Translations under genes and position numbers: made by a program
Part shown: positions 38,898 through 47,151 of the stretch, piece by piece
Layout: each line of letters starts with the position of its first letter
How positions within the stretch are numbered: position 1 is the first letter of the stretch
Notes under the pieces: model-generated
Databases searched by the model: none
What the model was told of the DNA's origin: nothing
Seen by the model: the letters and a program-made list of their open reading frames with translations, nothing else
Assembly: GCA_048772705.1 (NCBI GenBank)
Contig: JBLWGC010000071.1
Coordinates: forward strand, 1-47,151
Reading direction: 5' to 3'
DNA length: 47,151 nucleotides
From: Leidyana gryllorum EB-2025a
Lineage: Eukaryota; Protista; Apicomplexa

Positions 38898-38970
38898 TGA
38901 TGCGGATGGGACTCGAACCCACAACTCCCGGTTCCGAAGACCGATGCCCTCTCCATTAGGCCACCGCACC
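38898..38970 (-). tRNA. tRNA-Arg(TCG)
   Basis: Cloverleaf. Confidence 0.88.
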
Positions 38971-39070
38971 ATGGATAGGCTTCGGTCATCTCGCTACTGG
39001 TTGGGTGAAAGAGGAGACACCTCGGGGCAGCCCGCTTTCGTCCCACTCAAAAGTCGGATGCGTACCGAAT

Positions 39071-39143
39071 GCGGTTGTGGCGCAATGGATAGCGCGTTGC
39101 CCTCCTAAGGCAAAGGTTGAGGGTTCGAGTCCCTCCAGCCGTT
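39071..39143 (+). tRNA. tRNA-Arg(CCT)
   Basis: Cloverleaf. Confidence 0.9.
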
Positions 39144-39258
39144 TCCTGCGTGCCTTCGTTTGTGCAAAGTGGAGCACAAACTGGTGAAAGTGATCGATGG
39201 AGTTGGGAGATTGGTCATACCATGTAAAAAGAACTGGATGTACTGGGGTTTGCTGAAT

Positions 39259-39331
39259 GGGCGACTAGCTCAAATGGTTGAGCGCTCGCTTAGCATGCGA
39301 GAGGTACTGGGATCGATGCCCAGGTCGTCCA
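39259..39331 (+). tRNA. tRNA-Ala(AGC)
   Basis: Cloverleaf. Confidence 0.85.
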
Positions 39332-39446
39332 AAGTACGTACGGCTGCACGTGGCGGGATCCAAACCACCTTACATCTTTGAAGGGTCGCGGACCACAAGT
39401 GCCATTGGGAGAGCAGCGCAGTCAATGTTTAGGGTGCCTCTGAAAG

Positions 39447-39519
39447 CGGACCTGGCAGGTTTCGAACCTGCGACTTTGTGGTTGACAGCCACACGCTCTG
39501 CCGACTGAGCTACAAGACC
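39447..39519 (-). tRNA. tRNA-Asn body with GTC anticodon
   Basis: tgtgg CT GTC AA ccaca; one acceptor mismatch. Confidence 0.7.
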
Positions 39520-39636
39520 CAGCTACAATGTTTCAGAGGTTAATATAGGAACCCTCCTCTTGCTGGCGCAGGATTCTGCAACCCCTTATGGTCAGGAATG
39601 TTGGTTTAACATCTTCCAGCGTTTCATCTCAACTTC

Positions 39637-39708
39637 AGGGCACGCGCGAAGTTGAACCACGGACTTGCTGATCTGCAGTCAAATGCTCTACCACTGAGTT
39701 ACGTACCC
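39637..39708 (-). tRNA. tRNA-Cys(GCA)
   Basis: Cloverleaf with mismatches. Confidence 0.75.
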
Positions 39709-39802
39709 ACGAGGCGCCTCTCATACTCGCTCAGCTTGACCCTGTCTTCTCATTCGAAGCAAAACGGCCGTTATTGTGTACGAGCTCCAACAACAAGGTT
39801 AC

Positions 39803-39873
39803 GCATCTGTGGTCTAGTGGTAGAATGTCTCGTTGCCATCGAGACGACCCGGGTTCGATTCCCGGCAGATGCA
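39803..39873 (+). tRNA. tRNA-Gly(GCC)
   Basis: Cloverleaf. Confidence 0.9.
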
Positions 39874-39938
39874 GAGGAGATAGCACATGGTTGAGTTTTA
39901 TGCGTGAGTTGGTGTTTGACCCCTCCGATCACATCGCA

Positions 39939-40020
39939 CGACAACTGCTGGATTTGAACCAGCCCGGGTCAGGCTCAGTAGATTTCTAGTCTACCCCCTT
40001 AAACACTCGGGCAACTTGCC
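39939..40020 (-). tRNA. tRNA-Ser(AGA), partly degenerate
   Basis: Long variable arm. Confidence 0.68.
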
Positions 40021-40129
40021 ACCTGTCGAACTCGGCATTTTGCGGCCAGTGATGTCACATACGGTTCAGCAAGCTTGACTAGGACCCCAAACCGTTGTGA
40101 AAAAGTGCCAGCGAGTAAGAGATGTCGTC

Positions 40130-40211
40130 GGCAAGGTGGCCGAGTGGTTAAGTCGGCCGCCTGCTAAGCCGTTGGGTTCCACCCGCGTGAGTTCGAATCT
40201 CACCCTTGTCG
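40130..40211 (+). tRNA. tRNA-Ser(GCT), partly degenerate
   Basis: Long variable arm. Confidence 0.68.
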
Positions 40212-40502
40212 GTAGCATTCGGGGAGAGCGCAACTGGTTGAATGATTGAACCGAGGTTTTTGCCCGACTCGAATCCAACTCTTGACGCTGGGGTCTGTAT
40301 ACAAGACCCGTGTTCCATGTGTCCAGTTGAGGAAGCGCTAGTCCGACTCTTCTGGGACGGGCTGAACCGGTTGCGTCCTTGGTGGTTAGCACTCGACACT
40401 TTGGATTTTCCGACCTGAGTTCGATCCCGGCGCGACCCTTGAACTGGTCCTCACTACTCCCTGAAGCTTCGCCACTTCTCTTGGGCTGCGGGGACCATCC
40501 AT

Positions 40503-40575
40503 GCAGCCATGGTCTAGTGGTTACGACGTCTGCTTCACACGCAGAAGGTCCCGAGTTCGATCCTCGGTGGCTGTA
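40503..40575 (+). tRNA. tRNA-Val(CAC)
   Basis: Cloverleaf. Confidence 0.9.
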
Positions 40576-40630
40576 GCTCGCAACTTTCAGCGAGAACCAA
40601 AGGACAGAAGCTTAAGCGAAACCACCTGCG

Positions 40631-40702
40631 TTTCGAGGCCGGGAATCGAACCCGGGTCTTCCGCGTGACAGGCGGAAATACTGACCACTATACTATCTCG
40701 GA
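40631..40702 (-). tRNA. tRNA-Asp(GTC)
   Basis: Acceptor mismatches. Confidence 0.7.
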
Positions 40703-40886
40703 CGCTCCGGCCTCCAACCCCAGAAGTCCTTCCATTTTGAGATTTCAAGTACAGGAAACGCGTGGACGGCGAGCCTAAAACATTCCGGCAAGATGGCCTA
40801 GTGGTCTAAAACGCTGTGTTCAGGCCGCAGTCCGAAAGGGCGAGGATCTGGGGTTGAGCCTTTCGAACCCCGGAGCAGTTGGACGG

Positions 40887-40966
40887 CCGGGGGTAGCTCA
40901 GTTGGTAGAGCATCTGACTGTAGTACTGGCATCAGATAGTCGGCGGTTCGATTCCGTCCCACCGGA
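40887..40966 (+). tRNA. tRNA-Tyr(GTA) with 7-nt intron (40924-40930)
   Basis: tctga CT GTA G [tactggc] A tcaga; C1:G72, A73. Confidence 0.85.
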
Positions 40967-41150
40967 AGTAGCGAGGTGCTGTGCAAACTACTACTCAACC
41001 TGATGGACTTTGGCAAAAAGCGTTGATGGGCCAACTGGAGTTAATCTGGCGAAGATTCCATGCATATATAACTCAAATGTTGTCTTAGCTGAGCAGCATA
41101 TCTCATCCGACCTTGGATAGACTGACGTTTTGAGTCAACAAGTACCAGAC

Positions 41151-41222
41151 GGGCTGTTCTGGGAATCGAACCCAGGACTTCTTCCACCCAAAGGAACGAT
41201 CATATCACTAGACCAAACAGCC
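41151..41222 (-). tRNA. tRNA-Pro(TGG)
   Basis: Cloverleaf with mismatches. Confidence 0.72.
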
Positions 41223-41325
41223 GGATATTTGGGTGCATGCGACGGGATATACACACGAAGACATGAATTGACTTCCACTGTCCACCCAACGGCAAATAGG
41301 GTGTAACTAAGTTTAGAGCTTCCTT

Positions 41326-41398
41326 CCCGCCCTAGCTCAGTCGGTAGAGCGCAAGACTCTTAATCTTGCAGTCGCGGGTTCCAGCCCCGCGGGCGGTG
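41326..41398 (+). tRNA. tRNA-Lys(CTT)
   Basis: Cloverleaf with mismatches. Confidence 0.72.
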
Positions 41399-41616
41399 CG
41401 GATCAATGTCTCTGGTAGGAGTATAAAAGAAATATTTTGCTTGCAAGCACACTGAGCTGAATTTCCCCTGCCGGGACTTGAACCAGGATCGAGCGGGTGA
41501 AAGCCTCATATCCAAGCCACATAGACTACAGTGGACGAGTCCCCGAGTTGAGGCTTCGGACGAGAGCCGTACCATGTTGAGATGAGGTGGAGCGTCGCGT
41601 TAACCGACAACCAACC

Positions 41617-41688
41617 GGGCTGTTCTGGGAACCGAACCCAGGACTTCTTCCACCCGAAGGAAGAATCATACCACTAGACCAAACAGCC
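41617..41688 (-). tRNA. tRNA-Pro(CGG)
   Basis: Cloverleaf. Confidence 0.8.
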
Positions 41689-41775
41689 GCCTGTCGGTCG
41701 TGCAAACCGCTGAGGACACTTGAGATAGTGGTCATACTATGTTCAGAACCAACAAATGCGGTGGGTCTGCACAAG

Positions 41776-41848
41776 TGGCGACGAGCTCAAATGGTAGAGC
41801 GCTCGCTTTGCATGCGAGAGGTACTGGGATTGATACCCAGGTCGTCCA
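41776..41848 (+). tRNA. tRNA-Ala(TGC), partly degenerate
   Basis: Cloverleaf with mismatches. Confidence 0.65.
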
Positions 41849-41937
41849 AACTACATGCAACCTTGGGTGCAGAGAAACGCCTGCGGAGTGGTTCAAAACT
41901 GTTAGTGTTCTTCTTTCGATCCAATCGAGAAGCTCTT

Positions 41938-42010
41938 GCCTACGTGGCGTGATGGAAAGCGCGTTGGACTTCAAATCCAAAGGTTGCGAGTTCGCGTCTC
42001 GCCGTAGGTA
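41938..42010 (+). tRNA. tRNA with TCA anticodon (opal-suppressor-like; Arg(TCT)-like body)
   Basis: All four stems pair; ttgga CT TCA AA tccaa; A14>G and A58>C; short variable loop. Confidence 0.7.
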
Positions 42011-42076
42011 GACAAATGATCAGCACTTTACTTCGATTATCTGGCTGACTCTAGCTGCCTTCGCTGTGGAATGTTG

Positions 42077-42149
42077 TCCACTGTAGTCTAAGTGGCTAGG
42101 ATATGCGGCTTTCACCCGCACGATCCGGGTTCAAGTGCCGGGAGTGGAA
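42077..42149 (+). tRNA. tRNA-Glu(TTC)
   Basis: Cloverleaf with mismatches. Confidence 0.72.
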
Positions 42150-42223
42150 GTTATTGGACTACTCGAGCAAAGTGCCACTAATCTCCGTCAATAGCGATTT
42201 CTTCGTTATCTCCGGCTCACATT

Positions 42224-42295
42224 GCCTTCGTAGCTTAGGGGCAAAGCGTTCGCTTCGTAAGCGAGAAGTCGCCGGTTCGATTCCGGCAGAAGGCT
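42224..42295 (+). tRNA. tRNA-Thr(CGT)
   Basis: Cloverleaf with mismatches. Confidence 0.75.
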
Positions 42296-42477
42296 TTGAT
42301 GCATCGATGGGCTTATAAGGAATGGCTGTCATCACGTACAAGATTGAACAGGATGGTGTTCTGCATCTGTGGTCTAGTGGAAAACTCACTCGCTGGCATC
42401 GAGATAACCCGTTTGCGATTCTCGACAGATGCAAGATGATAGCATGATGAGTTTGTCGGCGGTTCCGATTCCGACCC

Positions 42478-42550
42478 TGGGAGTGGAGAGGATCGAACTC
42501 TCGACTTCAGGATTATGAGACCTACGCGCTACCGACTGCGCTACACTCCC
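42478..42550 (-). tRNA. tRNA-Met(CAT), elongator
   Basis: Cloverleaf. Confidence 0.92.
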
Positions 42551-42673
42551 TAGTGAAACTTCTCTCGATGCATCTCCTCCTGTCAAAAGGGTGAACGGGG
42601 ATGCTGTATCAAAGGCCCAAAACCATCCCCCGCTCCAGACTCATTACTTTGTGGTCAGGAATGGAGGTGTCAC

Positions 42674-42744
42674 GCATCTGTGGTCTAGTGGTAGAATGTC
42701 TCGTTGCCATCGAGACGACCCGGGTTCGATTCCCGGCAGATGCA
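42674..42744 (+). tRNA. tRNA-Gly(GCC)
   Basis: Cloverleaf. Confidence 0.9.
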
Positions 42745-42894
42745 GAGGACACATGGTTGTTTTTCCACCATTCCAGAAATTCCGTCCCGCCGGGAGTTGA
42801 GGAGTGCACTTCTTACAACGTAGTTCGTCTGACACTCCTGTTCCATTCCATCCTGATCGATGCTTCGCCACCTCTACAGCCTCGCTCAAAGATT

Positions 42895-42966
42895 GTCCGA
42901 GTCGTCTAGTGGTTAGGACAGCACGTTGTGGCCGTGCAAACCCAGGCTCGATTCCTGGCTCGGACA
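42895..42966 (+). tRNA. tRNA-His(GTG)
   Basis: gcacg TT GTG GC cgtgc. Confidence 0.88.
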
Positions 42967-43038
42967 AGCAGTCTGAAGTGCATTGCTCTTCGCCCCGGTT
43001 GAAAACATTGTTGCAGCCGTCAAGTCTGTACGATCGAC

Positions 43039-43106
43039 TGCACCTGGCGGGACTCGAACCCGGGCTGCGAGCATGGGAAGCTCGCATCCTACTGGACCAC
43101 AAGTGC
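43039..43106 (-). pseudogene. tRNA-Gly(CCC) with D-loop deletion
   Basis: Shortened D arm. Confidence 0.7.
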
Positions 43107-43291
43107 ACTCGAGAAAGAGCTTCAGCACCCCGAGAGTCGGCCGCAGTCTGCGTTGAGCTAGTGGGTGCCTCAGGTACTGTCAGGTCCCAGTCTGTAAGAG
43201 ACTTACCATCTGGTGGCTGAGCTACGAGGCTCAGCTAAGATGATTGGAGCTTGAGAGACTTAAGCTTTGCAGTGCCCAGTCGATGCAGTCA

Positions 43292-43363
43292 AGCCATCTG
43301 CCGGAATCGAACCGGCGACCTTTCGCTTACTAAGCGAATGCTCTGCCCCTAAGCTAAGAAGGC
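43292..43363 (-). tRNA. tRNA-Thr(AGT)
   Basis: Cloverleaf. Confidence 0.85.
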
Positions 43364-43439
43364 AATGCAAGCCGAAGATCACGAATCAGACACTATTGAC
43401 GGAGATTGCTGGAGCACTTTGCTCGAATGGTCCAATGAC

Positions 43440-43512
43440 TTGCACTGCCGGGACTTGAACCCGGATCGTGCGGGTGAAAGCCGCATATCCTAGCCACTTA
43501 GACTACAGTGGA
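43440..43512 (-). tRNA. tRNA-Glu(TTC)
   Basis: Cloverleaf, one acceptor mismatch. Confidence 0.8.
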
Positions 43513-43730
43513 CGAGTCGCGACAGTTGCACTGACGAATGAGGCGCCAGAGAACTGTGAGTCGATCTCAGGTGGGAAGTTCACCTAGGTTTGGCGGGTGG
43601 GCGGCTATCTCAAGTGGTAGAGCGATGACTTTGCACGCGAGAGGTCGGTTTAGACACCTATAAATGCCGCAGGACAGGCTGAACATGGGGGTATTTGGTC
43701 ACTCCTCGCGGCATGTCGAATTCGAGAGTT

Positions 43731-43812
43731 GGCAACTTGCCCGAGTGGTTAAGGGGGTAGACTTGAAATCTAGTGGGTCTGGCCCGCGCTGGTTCGAATC
43801 GAGCAGTTGTCC
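43731..43812 (+). tRNA. tRNA-Ser(TGA)
   Basis: Long variable arm, mismatches. Confidence 0.72.
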
Positions 43813-44257
43813 TGTTATGTGATCGGGCATCAACTCCATTCGGTCGTGACTCTGTTTTCAAATACCGCAGGTGCAGCCGTTAGAAGTTTGGACGACCTGG
43901 GCATCCATCCCAGTATCTCTCGCATTCTGAGCGAGTGCTATATCATTCCAGCTAGTCGCCTGCTGTGCAGACCCCATAGCATTTAGTGGTTCTTGACATA
44001 TTATAACCAGTCTCCCGACTGTACCAGCCATTCGCACCACCGACCGATGGGCTGTTTGGTCTAGTGCTATGATCCCTCCTCAGGGTGGAAGGAGTCCTGG
44101 TTCGATTCCCAGAAGAGCCCTCTTGGTCGTGGGTTGACCCGACGGGACAAGTTGCCCTCAGAACCAACACAGCCACCTCGTTAGCACACTTGGGTAGTCA
44201 GGGCATACTAGAATCTCAAGAATCGCATTTCGGCTACCTCTTCCATGTTGCAGACTG

Positions 44258-44329
44258 AGCAGTGTAGCTCAGTGGAAGAGTGTTGGGCTCATAACCCAAC
44301 GGTCCGTCGATCGAAACGACGCACTGCTA
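44258..44329 (+). tRNA. tRNA-iMet(CAT)
   Basis: Initiator features as at 18153. Confidence 0.93.
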
Positions 44330-44373
44330 AGTGTGCGCAGCAGGGATTATAGAATAGATTCTCTCGTGAGCAA

Positions 44374-44445
44374 AGCCTTCTGCCGGAATCGAACCGGCGA
44401 CCTTTCGCTTACTAAGCGAATGCTCTGCCCCTAAGCTAAGAAGGC
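44374..44445 (-). tRNA. tRNA-Thr(AGT)
   Basis: Cloverleaf. Confidence 0.9.
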
Positions 44446-44521
44446 AATATTAGCTGGAAATCACGCATCAGTCACTATTGACGGAGGTTACTGGAGCACT
44501 TTGCTCGAATGGTCCAATGAC

Positions 44522-44594
44522 TTGCACTGCCGGGACTTGAACCCGGATCGTGCGGGTGAAAGCCGCATATCCTAGCCACTTAGACTACAGTGGA
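44522..44594 (-). tRNA. tRNA-Glu(TTC)
   Basis: Cloverleaf, one acceptor mismatch. Confidence 0.8.
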
Positions 44595-44711
44595 CAACTC
44601 CCTCAGCTGCAGCTTTAGCCGAGAGCCGTACCCTCTTGACAAGACGTGGTTGCAGAATCCTGCGGTAGAAAAAGGAGGATCTCTATACTAACCTCTGAAG
44701 CATTGTAGCTG

Positions 44712-44784
44712 GGTCTTGTAGCTCAGTCGCCAAAGCGTGTGGCTGTTAACCACAAAGTCGCAGGTTCGAAACCTGCCAGGACTG
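44712..44784 (+). tRNA. tRNA-Asn(GTT)
   Basis: D-loop variant. Confidence 0.72.
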
Positions 44785-44888
44785 GTTTCAGAGGCACACT
44801 AAACACTGAGTGCGCTGCCCCTTGTGGTCTGCGACTCTTCAAAGATGTAAGTTTGTTTGGATCCCGCCACGTGCAGCCGTACGTACTT

Positions 44889-44961
44889 TGGACGACCTGG
44901 GTATCGATCCCAGTACCTCTCGCATGCGAAGCGAGCGCTCTACCATCTGAGCTAGCCGCCC
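44889..44961 (-). tRNA. tRNA-Ala(CGC)
   Basis: Cloverleaf. Confidence 0.88.
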
Positions 44962-45021
44962 ATGCGCTCTACATGGAAGACCTATTGCGTCCAGTGGCTG
45001 ACCGAGGGCCGATAAAACGGC

Positions 45022-45101
45022 TGACAAGAGTGGGATTCGAACCCAAGCCCTTTCGGACTGCGGCCTTAACACAGCGCCTTGGACCACTCGGCCATCTTGC
45101 C
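45022..45101 (-). tRNA. tRNA-Leu(AAG)
   Basis: Long variable arm. Confidence 0.85.
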
Positions 45102-45313
45102 GGAGTGTTCTTGGCTCGCCACTTTACACGTTTTCTGTTCGTGAAGTCTCGAGAAGGAAGGCTTTTCTCACGGCCCGGGGTGCTTAGATGGCAACCCATC
45201 TGATTGCAGTGGCATCAGCTATTCGACGGGTAAATGACGTAATTCGTCTGACGTTCCTGTTCCATTCCATCCGGATCGATGCTTCGCTACCTCTAAAGCC
45301 TCGCTCGAAGATT

Positions 45314-45385
45314 GTCCAAGTCGTCTAGTGGTTAGGACAGCACGTTGTGGCCGTGCAATCCCAGGCTCGATTCCTGGCTCGGACA
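45314..45385 (+). tRNA. tRNA-His(GTG)
   Basis: Cloverleaf. Confidence 0.82.
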
Positions 45386-45464
45386 AGCAGTCTAAAGTGC
45401 ATTGCTCTTCGCCCCGAGATGTTGAAAATATCGTTGCAGCCATGGTCAAGTCTGTACGATCGGC

Positions 45465-45535
45465 TGCACCTACCGGGACTCGAACCCGGGCTGCGAGCAT
45501 GGGAAGCTCGCATCCTACCCTTGGACCACAAATGC
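45465..45535 (-). tRNA. tRNA-Gly(CCC)
   Basis: Cloverleaf. Confidence 0.85.
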
Positions 45536-45668
45536 ACTTGAGAAAGAGCTTCAGCACCATGAGACTCGGCCGCAGTCTGCGTTGAGCTAGTGGGTGAGAA
45601 TTCATGCGTAAGTTGGTGTCTGACCCCTCCAATCATATCGCACGACAACTCCGACACTTGCCTCCTTA

Positions 45669-45749
45669 TGCGAGAAGTGGGGTTCGAACCCACGCGGAAT
45701 TAACCAGTGGATCTTAAGGCCACCCCCTTAACCTCTCGGGCATTCTCGC
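45669..45749 (-). tRNA. tRNA-Leu(TAA)
   Basis: Long variable arm; one anticodon-stem mismatch. Confidence 0.78.
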
Positions 45750-45957
45750 AATGCAGCATCGAAATAAGTAGTCTGGGGTTCCTGCGGGTAGCCAGTGCCG
45801 ACCATGTGAGTGGGGTCTGAACACAGCGCCTTGCCCACTGGGGCATCTTGCCACATTCTGGTAGGCGCAAGTCTGCATGGGTGCGAATCCCATTCTGTGC
45901 AACGGTACTCATTCCAGGGCGGAATTGGCCATTACATCGTGGATCCCCCTAACATTC

Positions 45958-46030
45958 GGCTGTTCGGTCTAGTGGTATGATCCTTCCTTAGGGGGTGGAA
46001 GGAGTCCTGGGTTCGATTCCTAAAACAGCC
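45958..46030 (+). pseudogene. tRNA-Pro(AGG)-like, expanded anticodon loop
   Basis: Extra G residues in the loop; followed by TTTTT. Confidence 0.65.
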
Positions 46031-46199
46031 TTTTTGCTAGCCGCTGACGAGGGTCTGGGAGAGTTGATACACGCATCCCCTGTCTCAAATACGATAACGA
46101 GTCCGCCTACCACGTCACTCGACAGCTGCTAGATTCGAACCAGTGGGGCCAGGCGATACTGACGACTCAGGTGTTTAAGACAGTGAGGCTGTGGGTTGT

Positions 46200-46272
46200 G
46201 CGGTGGTGGCGCAATGGATAGCGTGTTGCCCTCCGGAGGCAAAGGTTGTGGGTTCGAGTCCCGCCCACCGTT
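46200..46272 (+). tRNA. tRNA-Arg(CCG)
   Basis: ttgcc CT CCG GA ggcaa. Confidence 0.88.
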
Positions 46273-46968
46273 CTCGTAGTCCCGCTCAACCGTGGAATCG
46301 AGAAGAGTGGCTGCCATTCGGAGCCGTGCAGACTTGCGCCATCCAAACTCAAGTTTGGCACCGCAGGCCACCGCGATCTGTGCCACAGTGTTGAGCTTGA
46401 GGGCTCGAAGTGCCACTGTTGAGGAACCGAGGCTGGAAAAGTTCACTTGGGTTTAGCGGATAGGCGGCTATCCCAAGTGCCAGAGAGGTGACTTTGCAGG
46501 CCAAATGTGCGGGGGTCGATACCAGGTCGGGGAGCTCTCGAAAAAAGACGCCTGTGAATCATTTCTATAAGTGTGTCCCCCTGCGGGCGCTCACGAGTGC
46601 GTCGGTTCGATCGACGGAACTTTGGGTCATGAGCCCAACACTCTCCTCGTGTCTCTCTAAGTGCTACAGCCTCTGTCGATCTTTCGACTGCACTTGTGGT
46701 CTGACGGCAAAATGCGACCGTGCTGAGGTCGTAACGCGGACTGAGTTCCCGCAGGTGCAGCCGTATGCAAGTCGGACGACCTGTCTATCGATCTCATCTG
46801 GCATGTCAATGAGCACTCTACTCTTTGAGCTAGCGGTCTCCAGCTTAGAAGAGCTATTGCATGCCCTGCTTGATGAGTGGACGATTGCCCGTTGAGAATC
46901 TGCGGACCGCTGCTGGCAAGCTCGGGTCGCACGGCTGTGAGGGATGACACCAAATGTCACAACCTCTC

Positions 46969-47041
46969 TGCCTCGGCCGTGGATCGAACACGGGACTTCC
47001 AGATCTTCAGTCTGGCGCTCTCCCAACTGAGCTACCGAGGC
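46969..47041 (-). tRNA. tRNA-Phe(GAA)
   Basis: Cloverleaf. Confidence 0.92.
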
Positions 47042-47151
47042 GGTAGGTAGTCACGGAAGGCGGTGAGGATGAGCACCTACCGCGGCGGTATGTGGGGCCA
47101 CTGCTCCACCCAACGGCAAAGAGGGTGTAACTAAGTTTAGAGCTTCCTTGC

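Larger units (their letters stand above)
17237..47151. repeat. Mosaic tRNA gene/pseudogene array built of duplicated multi-gene modules
   Basis: Over 100 tRNA-like loci on both strands with recurring spacers. Confidence 0.95.

Noticed and set aside
41938-42010. tRNA-Sec
   Set aside because: 73 nt with short variable loop and 7/5 stems; lacks the long variable arm and extended acceptor/T stem.
17257-47026. Numerous 60-150 aa ORFs in the array
   Set aside because: They overlap tRNA genes on both strands, recur only because the tRNA modules recur, and show no protein motifs.
17237-47151. CRISPR-like repeat/spacer array
   Set aside because: Repeats are 71-82 nt tRNA cloverleaves of many types, spacers are themselves duplicated, and no cas genes are present.

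Overview
Eukaryotic repeat-rich window; a protist is plausible from the very divergent LSU rRNA, but the organism cannot be determined. It has three parts. (1) 1-163 is a short ~11-bp AAACAAGTGT-type tandem repeat. (2) 164-16516 is a nested stack of Ty3/Gypsy chromovirus LTR retrotransposons: three near-full-length elements (E1 +, E2 +, E3 -) and several solo LTRs, whose insertion order can be read from target-site duplications. The stack abuts a decayed gene resembling filamentous-haemagglutinin repeats, which two solo LTRs interrupt. (3) 17237-47151 is a ~30-kb array of over 100 tRNA genes and pseudogenes on both strands, built from duplicated, inverted and shuffled multi-gene modules. It covers 19 amino acids plus initiator Met, with Trp only as a remnant, and is interrupted at ~22.83-25.06 kb by an island carrying an LTR fragment, a second haemagglutinin-like fragment and an LSU rRNA pseudogene. 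Notable details: Gag starts inside the LTR and Pol ends inside the LTR; all three elements share a G_GAT_TTT -1 frameshift site; the E1/E2 primer-binding sites match the tRNA-iMet encoded in this window; one tRNA has a UCA (opal) anticodon; several tRNA copies have switched anticodons; and tRNA-Tyr has a 7-nt intron. Coordinates were counted by hand (expect +/- a few nt), and heavily degenerate tRNA remnants are only partly listed.
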